Part shown: piece after piece, positions 1 through 11,727 of the stretch | Position numbering within the stretch: the stretch's first letter is position 1 | Layout of the letters: every line of letters begins with the position of its first letter | NCBI GenBank assembly: GCA_043228905.1 | Contig: JBHGNT010000015.1 | Coordinates: 62,001-126,000, forward strand | DNA from: Azolla caroliniana | Lineage: Eukaryota; Plantae; Polypodiophyta | Direction of reading: 5' to 3' | DNA: 64,000 nucleotides | The notes under the pieces: generated by a model | Told to the model about the DNA's origin: nothing | The model's input: the letters and a program-made list of their open reading frames with translations, nothing else | The model's database searches: none | Translations under genes and position numbers: made by a program

Positions 1-468
1 GAAGTCCTCAAGCTCCAACTATCACTATGAACAGAGATGTACACTGGTGAAGCTACAAGGCAACAACCTTGAGCTCACTGTCTTCGCCACAGGCGGCGGT
101 ATTACACAGAGGCGTCGACCTCTTCCTCTCTCTCCCTCTCTCTCTCTCGGTTGCTCTCACTTTGCTCTCTCGGCTGAAACCATAAAAATGAGCAACAACA
201 TAAACTGTTTGCCCTAAGTCATATTTATACACATATGACTTTCGGGCTATTTACAAATATAGCCTCAAGGGCTCTTGGCAAACATATTCATAAATATGTC
301 CCCGCATCCGGATCTCTCTCCGGGTACATTCGTCATCCGGCTCCGTAACCGGGGTCTTCAGCATCCGGCTCCGTAGTCGGGGTCTTCAGCATCCGGCTCC
401 GTAGTCGCAACCGGGCTTGCCGTCATTCATCTCCGGACATCCCATCTGGAGGGACCGAAATCCCAACA
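1..468 (-). repeat. 3' LTR of Copia A (partial)
   Basis: Near-identical to 10096-10563. Ends ...TCCCAACA at 468, followed by the reverse-complement PPT aactccccctt. Confidence 0.95.
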
Positions 469-478
469 AACTCCCCCT

Positions 479-2006
479 TCACTTCGGCATGGGATGTCTC
501 TCCAATCCGATCCTCTTCCGGCATGCTTCCAGCTTGTCGGGTGTAAGTACCTTGGTCAGCATATCCGACCCGTTCTCGTCCGTGTGGATCTTCGTCAGCA
601 CGAACTCCTTGTCTTCTATCCTTTCCCGGATCCAGTGGTATCTACGCTGGATGTGCTTCGTCCGGGAATGATAGGCCGCATTCTTCGCAAGGTGGATGGC
701 ACTCTGACTGTCGCAGTAGAGTCGGTACTCCTCCTGCCGGATACCGAGCTCTCTAATGAAGTCCTTCATCCATATTATTTCCTTGCCGGCTTCAACAGCC
801 GCCATGTACTCCGCCTCCGTGGTTGACAACGCAACCGTCTTCTGCAGCCTCGACTGCCACGAAACAGCTCCCCCTGCATACGTCATCACATACCCTGATG
901 TGGACCGGCTGGTATCTGCATCAGCCGACATATCCGAATCGGTAAAGCCGTCGAGTTCGGGCTTACCGGAGCCGAATCGGAGGCACACGTTTGCCGTGCC
1001 CTTCAGGTATCGGAGTATCCACTTGACCGCGTTCCAGTGCTCCTTGCCGGGATTACTCATATACCGGCTCACCACTCCGACTGCGTATCCAATGTCCGGT
1101 CGGGTACACACCATTGCGTACATCAAGCTCCCGACGGCAGAGGCATATGGTATCTTCATCATATCCTCCTTTTCAACTTTTGTCTTGGGACTTTGCTTGC
1201 TGGACAACTTGCAGTTTGCCGGGAGAGTTGACCCGACCGGTCTTGCTTCCGACATGTTGAACCTGTGAAGCACCTTTGTCACGTACTTCTCCTGTGACAG
1301 CCACAACTGCTTCTTGTTCCGGTTCCGGATGATGTGCATCCCTAGTATTTGCCTCGCCGGACCCAGGTCCTTCATTGAGAAGGTTCGGTGGAGTGCTTTC
1401 TTCAGCATCCGTATCTTGACCTGGTCCCGTCCAACGATCAACATGTCGTCCACGTACAGGAGGAGTATTAGAAAGTCTCCTCCTTCGAACTTCTTCACAA
1501 ACACGCAGTGATCGGACTGCGTTTTGTGGTACCCTTCGTCGGTCATGAAGGAGTCGAACTTCCGGTACCACTGCCGGGGAGCCTGCTTCAGTCCGTAAAG
1601 GCTCTTCTTCAACCGGCATACCAGGTGCTCCTTCCCTTTCTTCTCGAATCCTTCCGGTTGCTGCATGTAGATCTCTTCTTCGAGGTCACCAATAAGGAAT
1701 GCCGTCTTCACGTCCATCTGTTCTACCTCGAGGTCCATGCTTGCCGCTATGCTCAGCACCGTCCGGATGGAGGTCATCTTCACTACCGGGGCAAATATCT
1801 CGTCGAAGTCGACGCCCTTCTTCTGCTGGAACCCCTTCACCACGATCCTGGCTTTGTATCTCGGGGGGTTTTCGGCATCTCCCGGTTTCAGCTTGAACAC
1901 CCACTTGTTTCGAAGTGCCCGCTTTCCTTTCGGCAACTCCACAAGTTCATATGTGTGGTTCTCATGCAGGGAATCCATCTCCTCCTACATGGCACTTAAC
2001 CACCTG
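479..2006 (-). pseudogene. Copia A pol, RT + RNase H part
   Basis: YKARIVVKG, QMDVKTAF, LYVDDM, CDSQSA and DMLTK motifs. In-frame TAG at 1985-1987 where copy B has CAG. Confidence 0.95.
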
Positions 2007-2650
2007 CGGCTTGTTGAAAAACAGTGCTCGGCCACAACCGAGGAATAGGATCAACTCACAGAAAACGGGAAATACAAAGTGCACGAGGACAATAGAGAGA
2101 AAGGTACACTGGATATTTTACGTGGAAAACCCTAAATGGGAAAAAAACCACGGGAGTCCTCAAACTCCAACTATCACTATGAACAGGGATGTACACTGGT
2201 GAAGCTACAAGGCAACAACCTTGAGCTCACTGTCTTCGCCACAGGCGGCAGTAATACACAGAGGCAACGACCTCTTCGTCTCTCTCTCTCTCTCTCTCTC
2301 TCGGCTGCTCTCTCGGCTGAAAACATAAAAATGAGCAACAACAATAATTGTTTGCCCTAAGTCATATTTATACACATATGACTTTCGGGCTATTTACAAA
2401 TATAGCCTCAAGGGGCCTTGGCAAACGTATTCGCAAATATGTCCCCGCATCCGGATCCCTCTCCGGGTACATTCGTCATCCGGCTCCGTAACCGGGGTCT
2501 TCATCATCCGGCTCCGTAGCCGGGGTCTTCTTCATCCGGCTTCATGCCGGGTACTCTTCATCCTCCGGTTCCGTAACCGCAACCGGGCTTGCCGTCATTC
2601 ATTTCCGGACATCCCATCCGGAGGGACCGAAATCCCAACAAACTCCCCCT

Positions 2651-5600
2651 TCACTTCGGCATGGGATGTCTTTCCAGTCCGACCCTCTTCCGGCACGCTT
2701 CCAGCTTGTCGGGTGTGAGCACTTTGGTCAGCATATCTGACCCGTTCTCTTCCGTGTGGATCTTCGTCAGCACGAACTCCTGGTCTTCTATCCTTTCCCG
2801 GATCCAGTGATATCTTCGCTGGATGTGCTTCGTCCGGGAGTGATAGGCCGCGTTCTTCGCAAGGTGGATGGCACTCTGACTGTCGCAGTAGAGTCGGTAC
2901 TCCTCTTGCCGGATACCAAGCTCTCTAATGAAGTCCTTCATCCATATTATTTCCTTGCCGGCTTCAACAGCCGCCATGTACTCCGCCTCCGTGGTTGACA
3001 ACGCAACCGTCTTCTGCAACCTCGACTGCCACGAAATAGCCCCCCCTGCATACGTCATCACATACCCTGATGTGGACCGGCTGGTATCTTCATCAGCCGA
3101 CATATCCGAATCGGTAAAGCCGTCGAGTTCGGGCTTACCGGAGCCGAATCGGAGGCACACGTTTGCCGTGCCCTTCAGGTATCGGAGTATCCATTTGACC
3201 GCGTTCCAGTGGTCTTTGCCGGGATTGCTCATGTACCGGCTCACCACTCCGACTGCGTATCCTATGTCCGGTCTTGTACACACCATTGCGTACATCAAGC
3301 TTCCGACGGCAGAGGCATATGGTACTTTCATCATGTCCTCCTTCTCAGCCTTTGTCTTGGGGCTTTGCTTGCTGGACAACTTGCAGTTTGCCGGGAGGGT
3401 TGACCCGACCGGTCTTGCTTCCGACATGTTGAACCGGTGAAGCACCTTTGTCACGTACTTCTCCTGTGACAGCCACAACTGCTTCTTCTTCCGGTCCCGG
3501 ATGATGTGCATCCCTAGTAGTTGCCTCGCCGGACCCAGGTCCTTCATTGAGAAGGTTTGGTGAAGCGCTTTCTTCAGCGTCCGTATCTTGACCTGGTCCC
3601 GTCCGACGATCAACATGTCGTCCACGTATAGGAGGAGTATTAGAAAGTCTCCTCCTTCGAACTTCTTCACAAACACGCAGTGATCGGACTGCGTTTTGTG
3701 GTACCCTTCGTCGGTCATGAAGGAGTCGAACTTCCGGTACCATTGCCGGGGAGCCTGCTTCAGTCCGTAAAGGCTCTTCTTCAACCGGCATACCAGGTGC
3801 TCCTTCCCTTTCTTCTCGAATCCTTCCGGTTGCTGCATGTAGATCTCTTCTTCGAGGTCACCGTGAAGGAATGCCGTCTTCACGTCCATCTGTTCTACCT
3901 CGAGGTCCATGCTTGCCGCTATGCTCAGCACCGTCCGGATGGAGGTCATCTTCACTACCGGGGCAAATATCTCGTCGAAGTCGACGCCCTTCTTCTGCTG
4001 AAACCCCTTCACCACGATCCTGGCTTTGTATCTCGGGGGGTTTCCGGCATCTCCCGGTTTCAGCTTGAACACCCACTTGTTTCGAAGTGCCCGCTTTCCT
4101 TTCGGCAACTCCACAAGTTCATATGTGTGGTTCTCATGCAGGGAATCCATCTCGTCCTGCATGGCACTCAACCACCTGCGGCTCTGGGTGTCATGCTTTG
4201 CTTCTTCAAAGCTCTCCGGCTCCCCCTCGTCGGTTAGCACGTGCTCTGGTTCCGGAAATCTCCGGGGGGCCCTTCTCTCTCTTAGAGGATATCTCCGTTC
4301 CGGAGCTTCGGTAACCGGTTCTTCCGATTCTTCTTCATCCGAATCCATTTCGGGATCGGGGCCGGTTCCGGTATCATTTTCATCTTCTTCGGCCGGTTCT
4401 GTTTCTTCACCGTCTTCGGCCGGATCCTCGAGTGCTAACCGATCCCTTGCCGGTCGGGACTGCTCCTCGTAGAGTTGATCCTCACCGGTCGACTTGGAGC
4501 TCTTCATCTTCTTCTCCGACTCCCACTCGGTGAGTCTCTTGTCCTCCATGAAGATGATATCTCGACTCCTGAATATCTTTTTGTCGACCGGGTCCCATAC
4601 TCGGTAGCCGAACTCGTCGTCGCCGTAACCGAGGAATATGCATGGCCGGGTCTTTGGATCTAACTTTCCTCTCCGGTCCTTTGCCACATGCACGTATGCG
4701 AGACACCCGAACACCTTCAGATGCCGGTAGGACACTTCCTTACCGGTCCACACTTTCTGCGGCGTGTCTCCGTCCAAAGGTACTGAGGGTGATCTATTTA
4801 TCACATACGTCGCCGTCAACATTGCCTCAGCCCAAAATCCCTTGGGTAATTTCGCATGTGCTAGCATACTCCGGACCCTCTCCATTATGGTCCGGTTCAT
4901 CCTCTCGGCCAGCCCGTTCAGTTCCGGCGTCTTCGGCACAGTAAACTCGAGCCGGATTCCCTTCGAGCGACAGTACTCCTGGAACTGCCCCCGGTATTCC
5001 CCTCCGTTATCCGCTCGTATCGCTTTCAGCTTCTTGCCGGATTCCCTTTCCACTCTCGCGTGGAGTTCTTTGAAGACGGACAATACTTGGTTCTTTGTCT
5101 TCAACGGTGCCGTCCACAGTTTCCAGCTGTGGTCATCAATGAATGTCACGAAGTATTGGGCTCCGCCATGTGACTTCGTTTCTACTTGACACACGTCAGT
5201 GTGCACCAACTCCAATGGTGCGCTACGTCTCGTCGGTGGCCTTGTGTGGAAGGAGGTCCGGTTTTGCTTACCGGCCAGACAATCGGTGCACTTCTCCAGG
5301 TGCACATGCTTCACTGGAATAAGGTTGTCTTCTGCAAGCCTCTTCATCCCCTTCTCACTCATGTGGCACAGTCTCTTGTGCCATAGCTCACCGGTAGTGT
5401 CAGCTGCCACGTTCAGCTCCTCCGGACATAGTCGGGAATTCATCAGGTACAGTGTGTTGATCTTCCGGGCCCGAGCCACTATCAGGCTCCCTTTGCTGAA
5501 CTTCATGACACCGTTCCGGATGCTACCCGTGTAGCCTTCATCGTCTAGCCTCCCAGCCGAAATCAGGTTCAATCGAACCTCCGGAACGTGTCGAACATCC

Positions 5601-6721
5601 TTCAGCAGCATCTTGCATCCGGTTGATGTCATCAGCCACACGTCTCCTATGCCGGCAATCCGGCATGTGCCTTCATTTCCCATCCGGACACAGCCGTGCT
5701 CACCGGCTGTGTAGGATGAGAAGTATCTTCTCTCCGGGGTCAGGTGGAACGATGCTCCGGAATCGACCACCCAGGTCGTCTCATCGCCGGCAATGTTTAG
5801 TTCCCTCTCTTCGGTAATGAGCATTATCTCTTCTTCACTTGCCACGAGTGTCGTCGTTCCTTTCCGGTCCTGCCCTCGCCGATCCGGACCTCTCCGGTCC
5901 GTGGCTCCCCGGTATGCACCGTTTCTCTCCGGTGACTTCTTCGAATCGGTGTCGTCGGCTCCGTTGTCCTTTCGGTAATGCCGACAATTCTTCCGGAAGT
6001 GCCCCGGCTTCCCACAGTGGAAGCAGGTGGGTCTTCCTCTTGACTACGACCGGGTCCCCGACTTCTCCCGTCTTTGCGGACTCCGGTTCCATTGTCTTCC
6101 CCGTTCCGATTCGGTAAGCAGCGCCTTCAAGTCGGAGGCCGGTTCTTTATCTCTTCGACGCGCTTCTTCGTTCAAAATGCTTGTCTTTACCGTTTGTAGA
6201 GACAAGTTATCTTCGGTGCAGGAGGTGCTGAGAGTCACCACCAAGTTCTCCCAGCTTTCCGGCAATGTACACATCAGAATGATGGCTTGCATTGCATCCT
6301 CCAACGGGAACTTGATCGCCGCAAGCTGGTTCACGAATCCCATGAACGTGCTCACGTGTTCCACCATATTCTCGCCGTCCCGGTACTTGAGGTTCACTAT
6401 CTTCCTCATCAGGGAGGTCCGGTTCAACGCATTCTTCCTCTCGTAGAGGCCCGACAGCTTCCGCCACATCTCATATGCGTTGGTGTCGTTCGCCACATGT
6501 TGCAGAACGCTCACGTCGACGTATTGCCGAATGGTTGCAACGGCTTTCCGGTTCAGGAGCTTCCACTCCGACTCTATTACTCCCTTGGGTATCTCGGCAT
6601 TGTCGATCGGTTCGTACAGGTCTCGGACGATGAGAAGGTCTTCCATCCTTATCTTCCAGTCGGCGTAGTTCTGTGAGTTCAACACCATCATGCCCGGAGG
6701 CCCACTACCGCCGCCTTCCAT
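2651..6721 (-). pseudogene. Copia B gag-pol polyprotein with one premature stop
   Basis: Single frame from ATG 6721 (MEGGGSGPPG) to 2651. One TAG at 6044-6046 (CAG in A). Zn knuckle, VVDSGAS protease, GAG-pre-integrase, DDE integrase, RT, RH. Confidence 0.95.
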
Positions 6722-6737
6722 TTTCTGTGTTACCGTC

Positions 6738-6749
6738 GCTCTGATACCA
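6738..6749 (-). promoter_or_regulatory. Primer-binding site, tRNA-iMet (Copia B)
   Basis: Reverse complement reads TGGTATCAGAGC, adjacent to the 5' LTR. Confidence 0.95.
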
Positions 6750-7385
6750 AATTGTTGAAAAAACAGTGCTCGGCCACAACCGAGGAATAGGATCAACTCA
6801 CAGAAAACGGGAAATACAAAGTGCACGAGGACAATAGAGAGAAAGGTACACTGGATATTTTACGTGGAAAACCCTAAATGGGAAAAAAACCACGGGAGTC
6901 CTCAAACTCCAACTATCACTATGAACAGGGATGTACACTGGTGAAGCTACAAGGCAACAACCTTGAGCTCACTGTCTTCGCCACAGGCGGCGGTAATACA
7001 CAGAGGCAACGACCTCTTCGTCTCTCTCTCTCTCTCTCTCTCGGCTGCTCTCTCGGCTGAAAACATAAAAATGAGCAACAACAATAACTGTTTGCCCTAA
7101 GTCATATTTATACACATATGACTTTCGGGCTATTTACAAATATAGCCTCAAGGGGCCTTGGCAAACGTATTCGCAAATATGTCCCCGCATCCGGATCCCT
7201 CTCCGGGTACATTCGTCATCCGGCTCCGTAACCGGGGTCTTCATCATCCGGCTCCGTAGCCGGGGTCTTCTTCATCCGGCTTCATGCCGGGTACTCTTCA
7301 TCCTCCGGTTCCGTAACCGCAACCGGGCTTGCCGTCATTCATTTCCGGACATCCCATCCGGAGGGACCGAAATCCCAACACGGCT

Positions 7386-9926
7386 ATGGGTGTCAAGCTT
7401 TGCTTCTTCAAAACTCTCCGGCTCCCCCTCGTCGGTTAGCAGCACGTGCTCTGGTTCCGGAAATCTCCGGGGGGGCCTTCTCTCTCTTAGAGGGTATCTC
7501 CGTTCCGGAGCTTCGGTAACCGGCTGCTCCGTTTCCTCTTCATCCGAATCTATTTCGGGATCGGGGCCGGTTCCGGTATCAGTTTCATCTTCCTCGGCCG
7601 GTTCTGTTTCTTCACCGTCTTCGGCCGGATCCTCGAGTGCTAACCGGTCCCTTGCCGGTCGGGACTGCTCCTCGTAGAGTTTATCCTCACCGGTCGACTT
7701 GGAGCTCTTCATCTTCTTCTCCGACTCCCAGTCGGCGAGTGTCTTGTCCTCCATGAAGATGATATCTCGACTCCTGAATATCTTCTTGTCGACCGGGTCC
7801 CATACTCGGTAGCCGAACTCGTCGTCGCCGTAACCGAGGAATATGCATGGCCGGGTCTTTGGATCTAACTTTCCTCTCCGGTCCTTTGCCACATGCACGT
7901 ATGCGAGACACCCGAACACCTTCAGATGCCGGTAGGACACTTCCTTACCGGTCCACACTTTCTGCGGCGTGTCTCCGTCCAAAGGTACTGAGGGTGATCT
8001 ATTTATCACATACGTCGCCGTCGACATTGCCTCAGCCCAAAATCCCTTGGGTAATTTCGCATGCGCCAGCATACTCCGGACCCTCTCCATTATGGTCCGG
8101 TTCATCCTCTCGGCCAGCCCGTTCAGTTCCGGCGTCTTCGGCACAGTAAACTCGAGCCGGATTCCCTTCGAGCGACAGTACTCCTGGAACTGCCCCCGGT
8201 ATTCCCCTCCGTTATCCGCTCGTATCGCTTTCAGCTTCTTGCCGGATTCCCTTTCCACTCTCGCGTGAAGTTCTTTGAAGACGCACAACACTTGGTCCTT
8301 TGTCTTCAACGGTGCCGTCCACAGCTTCCGGCTGTGGTCATCAATGAATGTCACGAAGTACTGGGCTCCGCCATGTGACTTCGTTTCTACTTGACACACG
8401 TCAGTGTGCACCAGCTCCAATGGTGCGCTACGTCTCGTCGGTGGCCTTGTGTGGAAGGAGGTCCGGTTTTGCTTACCGGCCAGGCAGTCGGTGCACTTCT
8501 CCAGGTGCACATGCTTCACTGGAATAAGGTTGTCTTCTGCAAGCCTCTTCATCCCCTTCTCACTCATGTGGCACAGTCTCTTGTGCCACAGCTCACCGGT
8601 AGTGTCGGCTGCCACGTTCAGCTCCTCCGGACATAGCCGGGAATTCATCAGGTACAGTGTGTTGACTTTCCGGGCCCGAGCCACTATCAGGCTCCCCTTG
8701 CTGAACTTCATGACACCGTTCCGGATGCTACCCGTGTAGCCTTCATCATCTAGCCTCCCGGCCGAGATCAGGTTCAATCGGACCTCCGGAACGTGTCGAA
8801 CATCCTTCAGCAGCATCTTGCATCCGGTTGATGTCATCAGCCACACGTCTCCTATGCCGGCAATCCGGCATGTGCCTTCATTTCCCATCCGGACACAGCC
8901 GTGCTCACCGGCTGTGTAGGATGAGAAGTATTTCTTCTCCGGGGTCAGGTGGAACGACGCTCCGGAATCGACCACCCAGGTCATCTCTACACCGGCAAGG
9001 TTCAGCTCCCTCTCTTCGGTAATGAGCATTATCTCTTCTTCACTTGCCACGAGTGCCGTCGTTCCTTTCCGGTCCTGCCCTCGCCGATCCGGACCTCTCC
9101 GGTCCGTGGCTCCCCGGTATGCACCGTTTCTCTCCGGTGACTTCTTCGAATCGGTGTCGTCGGCTCCGTTGTCCTTTCGGTAATGCCGACAATTCTTCCG
9201 GAAGTGCCCCAGCTTCCCACAGTGGAAGCATGTGGGCCTTCCTCTTGACTGCGACCGGGTCCCCGACTTCTCCCATCTTTGCGGACTCCGGTTCCATTGT
9301 CTTCCACGATCCGATTCGGTAAGCAGCATCTTCGGATCGGAAACCGGTTCTTTATCTCTCCGACGCGCTTCTTCGTTCAAAATGCTTGTCTTTACCATTT
9401 GTAGAGACAAGTTATCTTCGGTGCAGGAGGTGCTGAGAGTCACCACCAAGTTCTCCCAGCTTTCCGGCAATGTACACATCAGAATGATGGCTTGCATTGC
9501 ATCCTCCAACGGGAACTTGATCGCCGCAAGCTGGTTCACGAATCCCATGAACGTACTCACGTGTTCCACCATATTCTCGCCGTCCCGGTACTTGAGGTTC
9601 ACTATCTTCCTCATCAGGGAGGTCCGGTTCAACGCATTCTTCCTCTCGTAGAGGCCCGACAGCTTCTTCCACATCTCATATGCGTTGGTGTCGTTCGCCA
9701 CATGTTGTAGGACGCTTACATCGACATATTGCCGGATCGTCGCCACGGCTTTCCGGTTCAGGAGCTTCCACTCCGACTCTATTACCCCCTTGGGTATCTC
9801 GGCATTGTCGATCGGTTCATACAGGTCTCGGACGATGAGAAGGTCTTCCATCTTTATCTTCCAGTCGGCGTAGTTCTGTGAGTTCAACACCATCATGCCT
9901 GGAGGCCCACTACCGCCGCCTTCCAT
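7386..9926 (-). pseudogene. Copia A gag-protease-integrase part
   Basis: Open frame from ATG 9926 with CFHCGKLGHFRKNC, VVDSGAS and integrase core. Rejoins 479-2006 in frame when B and one TSD are removed. Confidence 0.95.
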
Positions 9927-9956
9927 TTTCTGTGTTACCGTCGCTCTGATACCACT

Positions 9957-10563
9957 TGTTGAACAACAGTGCTCGGCCACAACCGAGGAATAGGATCAAC
10001 TCACAGAAAACGGGAAATACAAAGTGCACGAGGACAATAGAGAGAAAGGTACACTGGATGTTTTACGTGGAAAACCCTAAATGGGAAAAACCACGAAAGT
10101 CCTCAAGCTCCAACTATCACTATGAACAGAGATGTACACTGGTGAAGCTACAAGGCAACAACCTTGAGCTCACTGTCTTCGCCACAGGCGGCGGTAATAC
10201 ACAGAGGCGTCGACCTCTTCCTCTCTCTCCCTCTCTCTCTCTCGGTTGCTCTCACTTTGCTCTCTCGGCTGAAACCATAAAAATGAGCAACAACATAAAC
10301 TGTTTGCCCTAAGTCATATTTATACACATATGACTTTCGGGCTATTTACAAATATAGCCTCAAGGGCTCTTGGCAAACATATTCATAAATATGTCCCCGC
10401 ATCCGGATCTCTCTCCGGGTACATTCGTCATCCGGCTCCGTAACCGGGGTCTTCAGCATCCGGCTCCGTAGTCGGGGTCTTCAGCATCCGGCTCCGTAGT
10501 CGCAACCGGGCTTGCCGTCATTCATCTCCGGACATCCCATCCGGAGGGACCGAAATCCCAACA
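9957..10563 (-). repeat. 5' LTR of Copia A (607 bp)
   Basis: TGTTG...CAACA termini, adjacent PBS, ~28-bp tandem units in U3. Confidence 0.95.
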
Positions 10564-11263
10564 CGTACCAGGATGCAGACTCGTCGAAGATTACGTCTCG
10601 ACTTACCCGAACCGCTCAGGTAGAAGGGTTGTAGCCCTTTTATGCTTTCTTCTCAGACGAGTATCCTATAAGGATACATTCATCCAACTTCGCGTCGGGC
10701 TTTTGTTGTCGTTCATTTGGGATGCGTACATTCGCAATGCTTCTGAACACCTTGAGGTGCGACAAGATCGACTTCCTTCCAACGAGGAGCTCGTATGGAG
10801 TTAGCTCATGGACTCCATTGGTGGTGCACAGGTTCATGAGATAGACGGCCGTGGATGCCGCTTTGGCCCAATAGAAATTCGGCATGTGCTTCTCATGCAT
10901 CATGGCACGTGCTACCTCGAGTATTTGCCGATTTTTCCTTTCAGCGACTCCATTTTGTTGGGGTGTGTGTTGTCATGAACACATGACCATTATGGCGTCA
11001 CCCGGACTTGAACCTCGAACCTTGTAATTCATACTTGAAAACCTCAACCATTAAGATAGCTTATTGTTATATGAAACAATAAAAGCTACTTCTTGTATTA
11101 CATTGATTATTGTAAAAACTCTAGATTATTCTAGAATGTTCTAGAATGTCCTGGAGCATTCTAGGTCTAGAACATTCTAGAACATTCTAGAAATCTCTAA
11201 GCTATTCTATAGGAACCTATAAATAAGCGCATACATGTATTCTCAAATCAATTCGAATCAAAC

Positions 11264-11705
11264 TGTCAGAACCAAGGATAAAAGATAGAGTGATGGAAGA
11301 AGGATAGAGAAGAATGGATGTATAAGATAGAGAAAGAAAGAGAATGGATACAAGATACGTAATGAGAGCTAAAGACTGGTGACATTCTAGAACATTCTAG
11401 AGTAATCTAGAGTTTTTACAATAATCAATGTAATACAAGAAGTAGCTTTTATTATTTTATATAACAATAAGCTATCTTAATGGTTGAGGTTTTCAAGTAT
11501 GAATTACAAGGTTCGAGGTTCAAGTCCAGGTGACGCCATAATGGTCATGTGTTCATGACAAAGGGCACCTAATTTCTCGCTTCCTCCAATCGATTCTAGG
11601 GTTATGTAGCTCGAACCATGGCAAACCGAGGACAATTGGATGCTCAGGACTACGGATTATGTTAAAGGAAACTACACATCCTAAATCACCCAAGAGTATG
11701 TGTAT
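11264..11705 (-). repeat. Inverted LTR pieces plus inverted pol fragment
   Basis: 11264-11381 is the reverse complement of the LTR 3' end (16813-16930). 11382-11560 is the reverse complement of the LTR start (10971-~11149). 11561-11705 is the reverse complement of pol 13191-13335. Confidence 0.93.
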
Positions 11706-11727
11706 CCTTTGTAACCATCCTGAAACC

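Larger units (their letters stand above)
2012..7380 (-). mobile_element. Ty1/Copia B (family 1), full-length, inserted in A in the same orientation
   Basis: LTRs 2012-2640 and 6753-7380 differ by about 2 substitutions plus homopolymer/microsatellite slips. Perfect 5-bp TSD CGGCT at 2007-2011 and 7381-7385. PBS 6738-6749, PPT 2641-2651. Confidence 0.98.
1..10563 (-). mobile_element. Ty1/Copia LTR retrotransposon A (family 1), interrupted by nested copy B; 3' LTR runs off the window start
   Basis: 5' LTR 9957-10563 (TG..CA). 3' LTR 1-468 (partial, about 3 substitutions vs the 5' LTR). tRNA-iMet PBS next to the 5' LTR, PPT 469-479. Domain order gag-PR-IN-RT-RH. Confidence 0.97.

Noticed and set aside
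6044-6052. Programmed stop-codon readthrough between gag and pol in Copia B
   Set aside because: Sister A has CAG at this codon, the stop precedes the Zn knuckle, and the context TAG-TCAAGA is not the CARYYA readthrough motif.
494-9873. Many plus-strand ORFs over Copia A/B
   Set aside because: Antisense shadows of a GC-rich gag-pol with no recognisable domains.
1-10563. Tandem duplication or assembly artefact
   Set aside because: The perfect TSD around B and the distinct, internally matched LTR pairs indicate a real nested insertion.
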